A stretch of 44,065 bases of DNA, taken from NCBI GenBank assembly GCA_038329555.1, contig JBBQNC010000002.1, forward strand, positions 1 to 44,065, read 5' to 3'. Both the position numbers and the translations under genes were made by a program. The DNA is from Thermoanaerobaculia bacterium. GTDB taxonomy: Bacteria > Acidobacteriota > Thermoanaerobaculia > UBA5066 > Gp7-AA6. Every line of letters starts with the position of its first letter. The stretch's first letter is position 1. The notes under the pieces are model-generated. The model ran no database searches and was not told where the DNA came from. It worked only from the letters and a program-made list of their open reading frames with translations. Positions 9,670 through 18,456 of this stretch are shown one piece after another.

Positions 9670-10047
9670 GTGCCGAAATTTCATCCTGCGGGGGGTGCCT
9701 CTCGCGGCGAAGACGAGGCGCCCGGCAACCGCAAATTGATCCGTCCGAACCTCTCGGAGCTAGCCGAGCGGTACCCGACTCGCACGTTCGCCCAGCGCAA
9801 GCAGACGCCGGCGGAGCAGACGAACGCCGAGAGCTACTACTACCTGAAGCAGATGGCCGCCAAGACGCCGATGGTGCTGATCTTGACCGACGGCGAGCAG
9901 ATCCATGGCTGGATCGAGTGGTACGACAAGCATTGCCTGAAGGTGAACCGCGAGCGCGGCCCGAACCTCCTCATTCCCAAGGCTTCCATCAAGTACCTGT
10001 ACAAGGAGGCCGAGGGCGAGACGCGGGGCGGGAGCGGGAACCGGTAG
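9670..10047 (+). CDS. Sm/Hfq-like RNA-binding protein with N-terminal extension
   Basis: AESYYYLKQMAAKTPMVLILTDGEQIHGWIEWYDKHCLKVNRERGPNLLIPKASIKYLY matches the helix plus five-strand Sm layout of Hfq, although the canonical YKHAI motif is absent. GTG start is uncertain. Confidence 0.6.
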   Translation: MPKFHPAGGASRGEDEAPGNRKLIRPNLSELAERYPTRTFAQRKQTPAEQTNAESYYYLKQMAAKTPMVLILTDGEQIHGWIEWYDKHCLKVNRERGPNLLIPKASIKYLYKEAEGETRGGSGNR

Positions 10048-10360
10048 CGGTTTTCGGTTCTCAGCTCTCGGTTTCGGGCGCCGACCCGGAGGCCGAGACC
10101 AGATGAGGCCCCCTTCGCCCCCCACACGTCGTTCGAGTTGACGCTCGGCGCTCCGTCGCCCCGGCTCACTCCCGCCGGGAGAAAGGGACTGATTTCGGCC
10201 GATCCTCTCCCATGCGCTCGCAGCGTGAGGAGTCTCCCGAGCGTCGCGAAGGGAGGAGCCTCACGCTGCGGGAGCCGAAGCGAAGCGCGGGCGACGTGCG
10301 AGGAGCGTCCCGCTGCGGGAGCCGGAGCGGTCGCGCCACGCGCGACGCGGAGGCGACGGT

Positions 10361-11794
10361 TTACCGAGCGCCCCGGCCGGTCAGGACCGCTGGAACCGTC
10401 TTCAGGAGAATCTTCAGGTCGAGCATCGGCGACCACGTGTCGATGTACTTCAGGTCGAGCTCCATCCACCGGTCGAAATCGACTTCGTTTCGGCCCGAGA
10501 CCTGCCACAGGCACGTCAGCCCGGGCGTCATCGAGAGACGGCGCCGCTGCCACGGCTCGTAGCGCGAGACCTCTTCCGGAAGGGGTGGCCGCGGGCCGAC
10601 CAGGCTCATGTCGCCCCGGATCACGTTCCAGAGCTGCGGGAGCTCGTCGATCGAGAGGCGGCGCAGGAGCCTTCCGACGAGCGTCAGGCGCGGATCCTTG
10701 GTGGCCTTGAAGACGGGCCCGGTCATCTCGTTCAAGTGCGAAATCTCTGGAAGGCGCTGCTCCGCCCCCGGGTCCATCGTGCGGAACTTCAGGAGCGTGA
10801 AGTGCCGTCCGTTCAACCCGCAGCGGATCTGCCGGAAGAAGATCGGCCCCGGCGAGGAAAGGCGGATCGCCAGAGCGGCGAGCGCCTGGATGGGCAGCGT
10901 CAACAGGAATAGAACCGTCGACAGGCCGAGGTCGATGGCGCGCTTGACCACCAGCTGGCCCGGATTCGACGGAGTCGTCGTGAAGGAGAGAAGCGGCACG
11001 CCGTCGAGCTCCTCCAGGACGGGACGGGCGAGGACGTGCGGGAAGATGTCCAGGGAGACGTGGGCGCGCACGCCGTGCCGCTCCGCCGCCAGCAGCGCCT
11101 CTTCGTACGCCCCGAGCTTTCCCTTCTCGATCACGAACACCAGCTCGTCGACGACCTCTCGCTGGAGCACCGCCTCGAGATCCGTCAGCCGGCCGAGGCA
11201 CGGCCAGCGGTTGGCGCGGCGGATCTCCCCGCCGTTCTCGTCGTCCAGATAACCGAGCACGCGAAATCCCCAGTAGGGATGCGCTTCGAGAAAGTCCGCG
11301 AGCTGTGCCGCCTTCTGCCCCGTGCCCGCGAGGAGGACGGTGCGGAAGTTGTACCCGCGGGACCGCACCCACCGCGACACGAGTCGCAACGCGACCTTCT
11401 CCGTCGCCAGCAGCGCGAAGTTCACCGCCGCGAAGACGACCAGCAGCCACCGGCTGACGAAGTCGAGGCGCACGCCGTAGACGATCAGCGCGAGGAGCGC
11501 CGTCCCGCCGACGGCCACCTTGGTCGCCGCCCAGATTTCCTCGGCGAGCGGCAGAGTCCGGTGGCTTCGATAGAAGCCCGCCGCGTAGAGCATCACCGCC
11601 CAGAACGGCAGGATCAGCCCGAGGAGGAAGAGGTAGCGGTCGAACGGGTGGAGGGGCGTCGGAAACAGCGACGGCGACAGCGTCGTCAGGACGCCATGAC
11701 GGATCATGTAGGCGACGGGAAGAGAGACCGCCGTCAACGCGAGGTCCCCTGCCAGGACCCCGAGGGCGATCACGCGCGCTTTTTGCTTCAGCAT
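10361..11794 (-). CDS. Polyprenyl-phosphate glycosyl-1-phosphate transferase (WcaJ/EpsB-type priming enzyme)
   Basis: N-terminal TM block followed by KRAIDLGLSTVLFLLTLP, LLKFRTM, DELPQLWNVIRGDMSLVGPRPPLPEEV and PGLTCLWQVSGRN. Confidence 0.9.
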   Translation of the reverse strand: MLKQKARVIALGVLAGDLALTAVSLPVAYMIRHGVLTTLSPSLFPTPLHPFDRYLFLLGLILPFWAVMLYAAGFYRSHRTLPLAEEIWAATKVAVGGTALLALIVYGVRLDFVSRWLLVVFAAVNFALLATEKVALRLVSRWVRSRGYNFRTVLLAGTGQKAAQLADFLEAHPYWGFRVLGYLDDENGGEIRRANRWPCLGRLTDLEAVLQREVVDELVFVIEKGKLGAYEEALLAAERHGVRAHVSLDIFPHVLARPVLEELDGVPLLSFTTTPSNPGQLVVKRAIDLGLSTVLFLLTLPIQALAALAIRLSSPGPIFFRQIRCGLNGRHFTLLKFRTMDPGAEQRLPEISHLNEMTGPVFKATKDPRLTLVGRLLRRLSIDELPQLWNVIRGDMSLVGPRPPLPEEVSRYEPWQRRRLSMTPGLTCLWQVSGRNEVDFDRWMELDLKYIDTWSPMLDLKILLKTVPAVLTGRGAR

Positions 11795-11836
11795 CGAATT
11801 GTTCCCCGGCCATCGGGCCGGCGAAACGGGGGCATG

Positions 11837-12940
11837 TTAAGAGATGACGGGTCGGCCTTCAAGAATGGCCTCGTAGCGATCGGTGACATCGTCCCAACGA
11901 TACCGTTCTTTGGTTCTGTCCCTGGCGCGCTCTTTCCATACGGATTGTCCGGCCGGATCGTCCAACACTCCGGCCAGGAGGCGGGTCAGGGTTTCCGGCC
12001 GGTGGACGTCGAACGCAAGACCCGCGCCGCCCGCAACCTCTTCGTTCTCGGGTGACAGGTGGTAACAGGTCACTCGACCGTACCCGAGCGCCTCGACGAG
12101 AGCGGGGTGCGTTCCTCCCACTTCGGTCGCCTGGATGTAGACCGCCGCGTGAGCGAGCAGCTCCCGGTAACCCTCGCCGTAGATCGCCCCCGGAAACAGG
12201 ACCCGGCGATCCGCCGCCGCGCGAACGGCCGCGATGTACGCGTGCGCGTAGGGCGCGTCACCGACGACGACCAGGGGAGTCGAGCCCGGGACCGAGCTCC
12301 ATGCGCGGACCACCTCGAGCGCATTGTTCTCCGGCTCGAGACGCGAAACGTAGAGGGCGTACTTCTCCGGCTGCAAGCCGAGCCGCTCGAGCGTGCTCAT
12401 TCCCTCCGGCTGCGGGAGGTCGCCTCCGTACGGGATGAACACCGTCGGAAAACCGTAGCGCTCCCGGTAGTAACTCTGGATGACGCGCGCGTCGGAGACG
12501 ACCGCGTCCGGCAGCTTCGTCGAGAGCCGTTCGGAGATCCGATAGGCACCCCGTCCCACCCAGCTCCACTTGCGCCGGTGGCGCTCGAGCCCGTCGACGT
12601 TCAGGACGACGCGCGTCCTCCCTCCGAGTCGCGGCAGGAACGAAGACGCGGCGTTGATCGCGTTGCAGACGAGCACCGCGTCGTAGCGCTCGAACGCGGC
12701 GTCGACGCCGGAGAGAATGCCGTGCGCCACGGTGTCGAGGTATTTAGAGGGGATCGTCGGCAGCACGCGAATCCGCGCGCCGCGCCAGCTGTCGAGGCCC
12801 GGCACCGAATAACGGGTGCGGGTGTAGACCGTGACGTCGTGGCCCCGCGCCGCCAGCCGGGCGGAGAGCTCTTCGGCGAGCGTCTCGAACCCCCCGTACC
12901 GGGCTGGGATCCCCCGGGTGCCGAGGATGGCGAGACGCAT
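11837..12940 (-). CDS. Glycosyltransferase family 4 (GT-B; DUF1972-type N-terminus)
   Basis: MRLAILGTRGIPARYGGFETLAEELSARLAARGHDVTVY, plus a C-terminal GT1/4-like EVGGTHPALVEALGYG. Confidence 0.8.
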   Translation of the reverse strand: MRLAILGTRGIPARYGGFETLAEELSARLAARGHDVTVYTRTRYSVPGLDSWRGARIRVLPTIPSKYLDTVAHGILSGVDAAFERYDAVLVCNAINAASSFLPRLGGRTRVVLNVDGLERHRRKWSWVGRGAYRISERLSTKLPDAVVSDARVIQSYYRERYGFPTVFIPYGGDLPQPEGMSTLERLGLQPEKYALYVSRLEPENNALEVVRAWSSVPGSTPLVVVGDAPYAHAYIAAVRAAADRRVLFPGAIYGEGYRELLAHAAVYIQATEVGGTHPALVEALGYGRVTCYHLSPENEEVAGGAGLAFDVHRPETLTRLLAGVLDDPAGQSVWKERARDRTKERYRWDDVTDRYEAILEGRPVIS

Positions 12941-12987
12941 GGCCGGAAAATATCAGGGGTCGGGAATCGGCGCCGTGGCGATCCTCC

Positions 12988-13929
12988 TCATTTCAACCGC
13001 CGCGAGGATTCCTTGGCCGCGATCTCGCTGCGCTTCGCCAGAAGTCGAGCCCGGTGTCTCCAGAGCCACACGAACGCCGGCAGCGAGCTGCGCTCGACCG
13101 TCAGGCAGGCGCCGACGACGACCAGATCGCGCGCAAGAGTCGGGAGAAGTGTCCACAGAGCTTCTGCGCGCGTCTGGTTGTTGATCCGGAGGAGAAAACG
13201 ATTCTTGACCGAATGGAGGTTGACGATCGCCGGCATCGCGCGCCGGCGCTCGGGCAGGTTCCGCCGCCGATGCGAGGCGACGGCCGCGGGAACGTAGAGG
13301 CATTTCCAGCCGAGCCGGGCGAGACGCCACGCGAGATCCGCGTCCTCGCGGTACAGGAAGAAATCCGCGTCGAAGAAACCCGTCGAGATCCGGGCCTCCT
13401 CGAGCGCGGCGCGGCGGTAGAAGCCGGCGGCGCCGCTCGTCCCGGACACCTCCTCCTCCCGAAGGTACCGGCCGGCCTCCGGCTTCCCCGCGCCGCGGTC
13501 GAAGTGCCGGCCCGAGACCGTGAAAAAGATGCCCGCGGAGTCGAGAACTCCCGTCGCCCGCAACCCGGGGCCCTCCCCCCGGAGCAGCCGGCCCGACGCG
13601 GAGCCGACGTCGGGCCGGGCGTCCAGGCGTTCGGCGAGCACGGCCGCGAAATCCGGTTCGAGCCGGCAGTCCGGGTTGAGCGCGATGACGTAGCGGCCCG
13701 TCGTCGCCTCGATTCCGGCGTTCATGGCCGCCGCAAAACCCGTGTTTTTTTGAAGGGGGAGCACTCGTGCGCCGAGCCGCTGCGCGACGTCCCGGGAGGC
13801 GTCCGAGGAGGCGTTGTCGACGACGAGCACTTCCGCGTGGACGCCCTGCTGACCGAGCGCGCTCGCCAGCGAAACGGGAAGGTCGGCCGCGTCGTTGTAG
13901 GAGACGACAATGATCGAGACGTCCGTCAC
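12988..13929 (-). CDS. Glycosyltransferase family 2
   Basis: GTG at 13929 overlaps the upstream stop (GTGA). SIIVVSYNDAADL, VVDNASSD, KNTGFAAAMNAGI and YREDADLAWRL are present. Confidence 0.85.
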   Translation of the reverse strand: MTDVSIIVVSYNDAADLPVSLASALGQQGVHAEVLVVDNASSDASRDVAQRLGARVLPLQKNTGFAAAMNAGIEATTGRYVIALNPDCRLEPDFAAVLAERLDARPDVGSASGRLLRGEGPGLRATGVLDSAGIFFTVSGRHFDRGAGKPEAGRYLREEEVSGTSGAAGFYRRAALEEARISTGFFDADFFLYREDADLAWRLARLGWKCLYVPAAVASHRRRNLPERRRAMPAIVNLHSVKNRFLLRINNQTRAEALWTLLPTLARDLVVVGACLTVERSSLPAFVWLWRHRARLLAKRSEIAAKESSRRLK

Positions 13930-14945
13930 GCGACGCCCCCGGGCCTCGCGCCCCCGAGAAGCCGAAGGACTCCGGCGTAGGCGCGGGCCGCCTCCGCGCG
14001 GCGGCGAGGCATCTCGCGCCGGAGCGGGAGGGCCGCGAGCCGCAGGATCATTCCCGCCGCAAGAAGCCCCCGATACACGGCGCGGGCCACCGGCGGGTAG
14101 TGCTTGGCGCGATATCGAAGAGCGTTGGCGTAGAGGATGGGAAGAAAACGGTCGTAACCCAGGCGAGCGGAGGAGATCCCGCCGGCGTGGCGGAATCGGG
14201 ACTCCGGCCAGTAGAGGATCGCGCCCTCTCCGAGGAGCCGTGCGCAGAGATCCACGTCCTCGAACCACGCCGGCACGAAGGACTCGTCGAAGCCGCCGAT
14301 CCGGCGAAACGCATCGGCGCGCACCGCGAGAGCGGCGCCGGCGGCCTGTTCGACCGCGAAGGGACGATCGCGATCCTCGTCTGCATACCGGGCGCGGCGC
14401 CGCTCGACCCCGGACGGGAACAGGTGGTCCCAGAGAAGCAGCTCCCGCGCGTCCGACGACAGCCGCGGAAGCCGCCGGAGCTGGAACGTGAACTGGTCTT
14501 CGTCGCCCGGAGGCGCCAGGGCGCCGGGAGACGCGCTCCGGAACTCGCCGTTCGGCTCGAGCAGGCGCGGAGCCAGCGCGACGGCCTCCGGGCGCAGGCG
14601 GAACCCGCGGTCGAGCGGCGAAAAGGGATCCTCCTCGGCGCGCGTGTCGGGATTCAGAAACAGCAGCACGTCGCCGCGGGCGGCGGCCGCACCCTGGTTC
14701 GCCGCGGGGCCGAAACCGAGGTTGTGCGCGTTCTCGATCACGGCCGCATCCGGCCAGAGCGCGCGCACGCGCTCCGGGCGCACGGAGCCGGGTCCGTTGC
14801 CGACGGCGACGAGCGAGAGAACGGGGCCCGGCGCGGCGATCGCGCGCCGCGCTTCGGCGAGCGAGCGCACGGCCTCCTCGAGGTCGTCCGCATCACGCCA
14901 CGAGACGAGGATCGCCGTGATCTCGGAGACCGGAGGCGCGCTCAC
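13926..14945 (-). CDS. Glycosyltransferase family 2
   Basis: GTG at 14945 overlaps the upstream stop (GTGA). TAILVSWRDADDL, HNLGFGPAANQGA, LFLNPD and WFEDVDLCARL are present. Confidence 0.8.
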   Translation of the reverse strand: MSAPPVSEITAILVSWRDADDLEEAVRSLAEARRAIAAPGPVLSLVAVGNGPGSVRPERVRALWPDAAVIENAHNLGFGPAANQGAAAARGDVLLFLNPDTRAEEDPFSPLDRGFRLRPEAVALAPRLLEPNGEFRSASPGALAPPGDEDQFTFQLRRLPRLSSDARELLLWDHLFPSGVERRRARYADEDRDRPFAVEQAAGAALAVRADAFRRIGGFDESFVPAWFEDVDLCARLLGEGAILYWPESRFRHAGGISSARLGYDRFLPILYANALRYRAKHYPPVARAVYRGLLAAGMILRLAALPLRREMPRRRAEAARAYAGVLRLLGGARPGGVA

Positions 14946-15934
14946 CCGGCCAGTCGGCGGTCGCTGGAATCGGCGGCCGGGCCCCGCGGAGGGGTCCGGG
15001 CCGAGCGCGGCCATTCGGACAGGGGTCCGGCCCCGGCGGCGGAGGCCGGGGAACCGGCGGCGAAGGGAAGCGCCGGCCAGACCGACAGCAGGAAGAGAGG
15101 CGCGCGCCACCCAAGCGAGCGGGCGTGCGCGAGGTCGGCGCGGAGGATCTTCCGCGCGTTGCGGCGGATCAACCGCCGGTCGAAATTGCGGAAGAGAGTC
15201 TTCCAGCGGTTGCGGGCCATCCACCTCGCCCGGCGCCAGGGCGTTCGTGAGCCTGTCCGCGAGCCCTCGTGGCGGGCAACCGCCCCCGGGTCGCACGCGA
15301 ACCGCCAGCCCGCCCGCGCGAGACGCAGCGACAGGTCGACGTCCTCGTAGTAGGCGAAGTACGACGGCTCGAACACCTCCCCGAGCGGCGACACGCGCAT
15401 GAGCGCGTCGCGGCGGTAGAGCGCCGCCGTGGCGGACACTCCCGCGACCTCGAACACCTCGGCGGGCGCGGCGTGAGGTTCGGAATTTCCAAATAGGGGA
15501 ACCGCCTCGCCACGGGCGTTCCAGTCGACACCCGCCGAATCCACCCGCCCGCCGTCCGCCGTCAGGATGAGACCTTGCACGCCCGCGAGGCGATCGTCGA
15601 ACGTCAATCGCGCCGCCAGCCGGGCCACGTAGTCCTTCGCGAGCACCGCGTCGTTGTTGAGCAGAAGCACGAAGGACGAGCGGGTCCGCGCGATCCCTTC
15701 GTTCGCCGCGCCCGCGAAGCCGAGGTTGCGCGAGAACGGAACGACCCGAACCTCCGGCGCCTCGCGCGCCAGACGCTCCCGTTCGGCCGGACTCGAGGCG
15801 TTGTCGACGACCACGATCGAAAGATCGATTCCGTCCTGCGATTCGAGCGACCGAAGCGCCGCGAAAAGTGAGTCGCCGCCGTCGCGGTTGACCACGATGC
15901 AGTCGACTTCCGGCAGCTGGAAGGGAGGGCTCAC
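14942..15934 (-). CDS. Glycosyltransferase family 2
   Basis: [40 protein letters not shown] and [11 protein letters not shown] are present. GTG start. Confidence 0.85.
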   Translation of the reverse strand: MSPPFQLPEVDCIVVNRDGGDSLFAALRSLESQDGIDLSIVVVDNASSPAERERLAREAPEVRVVPFSRNLGFAGAANEGIARTRSSFVLLLNNDAVLAKDYVARLAARLTFDDRLAGVQGLILTADGGRVDSAGVDWNARGEAVPLFGNSEPHAAPAEVFEVAGVSATAALYRRDALMRVSPLGEVFEPSYFAYYEDVDLSLRLARAGWRFACDPGAVARHEGSRTGSRTPWRRARWMARNRWKTLFRNFDRRLIRRNARKILRADLAHARSLGWRAPLFLLSVWPALPFAAGSPASAAGAGPLSEWPRSARTPPRGPAADSSDRRLAG

Positions 15935-15977
15935 ACGGTTGACTCAGGATCGCGCGCGATGTAAACGAGCGTCACTC

Positions 15978-17231
15978 ATGTTAGCACGCGAGCGCCTGCG
16001 CGAAGACGCCGAAGCCCTGCTGCGCGACTATCCGGAGCGTTATGCGGGCTCTGGAATCGAGCGGTTCGTCTCGCTCGATCGCGAGCGCCGCGAGAGCGTC
16101 ACGCGTCTCGAAGAGAAACGCCGGCGCCGCAACGAGCTGAGCGCCATCCGCGGAAAGCCGGACCCGGCGGCGCTCGAGGAGATGAAGGCGCTCAAGGAAG
16201 AGATCCGATCGCTCGAAGAGGACACCGAGACTCGGGAGAAAGAGCTCGCCGAAGTCGAGCTCCGGATCCCGAACGCGCCGCACTCGAGCGTCCCGCGTGG
16301 CCCGGACGAATCGGCGAACCGGCTGGAGCGTTCGTGGGGCGAGCCGCGAAAGTTCGACTTTTCTCCGAAGCCGCACTGGGATCTCGGTCCCGCTCTCGGA
16401 ATCCTCGACTTCGAGCGGGGCGTCAAGATCGCGGGCACGCGCTTCACCGTCCTCCGCGGGGCGGGAGCCCGGCTCTCGCGGGCTCTCGGCTCCTTCATGC
16501 TCGACCTGCACGTTCGCGAGCACGGCTACGAGGAGGTTCTACCGCCGGTCCTGGCGAACGCGGACTCGCTCTTCGGAACGGGGCAGCTGCCGAAGTTCGA
16601 GGACGACCTCTTCAAGACCCGCGAGGGGCTCTATCTGATCTCGACATCGGAGATCCCCGTCACGAACCTGCACCGGGATGAGATCCTTCGCGACGAACAG
16701 CTTCCGATCCGTTACACGGCGATGACCTCGTGCTTCCGCTCCGAGGCGGGGGCGGCCGGCCGGGACACGCGCGGAATGAACCGCCAGCATCAGTTCGAAA
16801 AAGTCGAGCTCGTCGCGTTCTCCCGGCCCGAGGAGTCCTGGGAGATGCACGAGACCCTGACGCGCCACGCCGAAGAGGTGCTGCGTCGCCTGAAGCTTCC
16901 CTACCGCGTGATGGCGCTCTCGACGGGCGACCTGGGGTTTCAATCCGCGAAAACGTACGACCTCGAGGTCTGGCTCCCCGGCCTGAACGAGTACAAGGAA
17001 ATCTCCTCCTGCTCGAACTTCGAGGACTTCCAGGCGCGCCGCGCCTCGATCCGGTTCCGCCGGTCCGAAGGCGAGAAGCCGGAGTACCTGCACACGCTGA
17101 ACGGCTCCGGGCTCGCGATCGGCCGCACGCTCGTCGCGGTCCTCGAGAACTACCAGCGCGCCGACGGTTCGGTCGATATCCCGGAAGCCTTGCGTCCGTA
17201 CTTCGGCGCGGACGAGATTCGCGAGCGCTGA
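15978..17231 (+). CDS. serS: Seryl-tRNA synthetase
   Basis: ATG at 15978 inside track ORF 15654..17231. An N-terminal coiled-coil arm is followed by [39 protein letters not shown] and [21 protein letters not shown]. Confidence 0.95.
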   Translation: MLARERLREDAEALLRDYPERYAGSGIERFVSLDRERRESVTRLEEKRRRRNELSAIRGKPDPAALEEMKALKEEIRSLEEDTETREKELAEVELRIPNAPHSSVPRGPDESANRLERSWGEPRKFDFSPKPHWDLGPALGILDFERGVKIAGTRFTVLRGAGARLSRALGSFMLDLHVREHGYEEVLPPVLANADSLFGTGQLPKFEDDLFKTREGLYLISTSEIPVTNLHRDEILRDEQLPIRYTAMTSCFRSEAGAAGRDTRGMNRQHQFEKVELVAFSRPEESWEMHETLTRHAEEVLRRLKLPYRVMALSTGDLGFQSAKTYDLEVWLPGLNEYKEISSCSNFEDFQARRASIRFRRSEGEKPEYLHTLNGSGLAIGRTLVAVLENYQRADGSVDIPEALRPYFGADEIRER

Positions 17232-17264
17232 CGCCGACCTCCGTCCCGGCAGGGGACCGATTCC

Positions 17265-17504
17265 TCACGGAATCCGATCCTCCAGAACCACGTTTCCGGA
17301 AAGCTCTTCGAGAGTCAGGAGCCTTCCCGCGCCGTCCGGATCCGACGAGACGCGGGCCCGGATCTGGCCCGCTCGCATGCGGTTCACGATCGCGGGATCG
17401 AATTTCTCCGGCGGATAGGACGCGAGAATCTCGCCGTTCGGATGCATCACGTGGACGCGGATGACCCGATTCCCCACCGTCTCGATCCGGCACCACGCCT
17501 CCAT
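17265..17504 (-). CDS. Hypothetical small protein (79 aa)
   Basis: Intact ORF with high third-position G+C. No recognisable motif and a weak RBS. Confidence 0.45.
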   Translation of the reverse strand: MEAWCRIETVGNRVIRVHVMHPNGEILASYPPEKFDPAIVNRMRAGQIRARVSSDPDGAGRLLTLEELSGNVVLEDRIP

Positions 17505-17592
17505 CGCCCGATTGTCGTCGAAGAGGCGATGCCGGCGAATTGGATCCCGCGATGCGACGCGATTCTGATTCCGGCATCGCGAGCGGGCTCGA

Positions 17593-17686
17593 TGGCGGAG
17601 AGGACGGGATTCGAACCCGTGGTAGGGGTATTAACCCTACGGCGGTTTAGCAAACCGCTGGTTTAAGCCGACTCACCCACCTCTCC
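17593..17686 (-). tRNA. tRNA-Ser (anticodon GCU), CCA encoded
   Basis: Sense strand is GGAGAGG-TG-GGT..ACC-A-GCGGT-TTGCTAA-ACCGC, then a long variable arm GTAGGG..CCCTAC, then CACGG-GTTCGAATCC-CGT.., then CCTCTCC-G-CCA. Folded by hand into a type-II cloverleaf. Confidence 0.9.
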
Positions 17687-17704
17687 GTAAGCGTCGCAAT
17701 CGTG

Positions 17705-17733
17705 ATTTTAGTGGAAGGCCTCTTGAGTCACAA
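17705..17733 (-). promoter_or_regulatory. Sigma70-like promoter for tRNA-Ser(GCU)
   Basis: Minus strand reads TTGTGA-17 nt-TAAAAT, ending 18 nt before the tRNA 5-prime end. It is a conspicuous AT box in a GC-rich context. Confidence 0.45.
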
Positions 17734-17771
17734 ACCAGCGGTTTCGCGCTCAGCCGCTCACCCACCTCTCC
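17731..17771 (-). pseudogene. Partial duplicate of the tRNA-Ser 5-prime third
   Basis: GGAGAGGTGGGTGAG matches the first 15 nt of the tRNA, then come a D-loop insertion and AAACCGCTGGTTT. No anticodon or T arm follows. Confidence 0.5.
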
Positions 17772-17832
17772 AAGAGATCGGCTGTTGTGTGACAGAGCCC
17801 CGGACTAAACATCCGGGCGCTACACTCGTGGC

Positions 17833-18456
17833 GTGGCTCATCCCTTCTGGGTCCGGCTCCGGCGATACTACGTGGCGGGGCTCTTCGTACTGACGCCGAC
17901 CGCGTTGACGCTCTGGGTCGTCTGGAGCCTCTTCAACTTCTTCGACAACATCCTGGGCAGCGAGCTGCGCGCCCACGGCATCTCGGTCTTCGGTCTCGGC
18001 TTCTTGCTTTTGAACGCGCTCCTTCTTTTCCTCGGCTTTCTCGCCACGAATTTCCTGGGACGCCGGATGTTTGCGCTCTGGGATCGCGTGATGCATCGCG
18101 TTCCTCTCATCAACAAAATCTACGCGACGCTGCGGCAGATCGCGGAGCTGCTCCTGGGGCCTTCTCGGACGGGTTCGTTCGGACGGGTCGCCGCGGTGGA
18201 ATTCCCATCGCCCGGCTCGTGGGGGCTCGGCTTCGTGACGTCCTCGTCGGCCGGCGAAGCGGAGGAGAGGCTCGGAAAGGTCCTCCGCAGCGTCTTCATT
18301 CCGAGCGCCGTAAACCCCACGACCGGGTTCCTGCTGCTCGTCCCCGATGACCGCATCACGTATCTCGACATGTCCCCGGAACAGGCGATGAAAATGATCG
18401 TATCGGCGGGCGCCCTGGTGCCTGACAGGAAGGCTCGCCCCGAGGGAAAGCTGTGA
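17833..18456 (+). CDS. DUF502-family membrane protein
   Basis: YYVAGLFVLTPTALTLWVVWSLFNFFD, VPLINKIYATLRQI, FPSPGSWGLGFVT, FIPSAVNPTTGFLLLVP and AMKMIVSAG are present. GTG start. Confidence 0.8.
   Translation: MAHPFWVRLRRYYVAGLFVLTPTALTLWVVWSLFNFFDNILGSELRAHGISVFGLGFLLLNALLLFLGFLATNFLGRRMFALWDRVMHRVPLINKIYATLRQIAELLLGPSRTGSFGRVAAVEFPSPGSWGLGFVTSSSAGEAEERLGKVLRSVFIPSAVNPTTGFLLLVPDDRITYLDMSPEQAMKMIVSAGALVPDRKARPEGKL

Noticed and set aside
9840-11813. A 657-aa minus-strand ORF overlapping the priming transferase in another frame
   Set aside because: The overlapping frame 10361..11794 has unmistakable sugar-transferase motifs and TM helices. The 657-aa product is low-complexity and Arg/Pro/Gly/Ala-rich.
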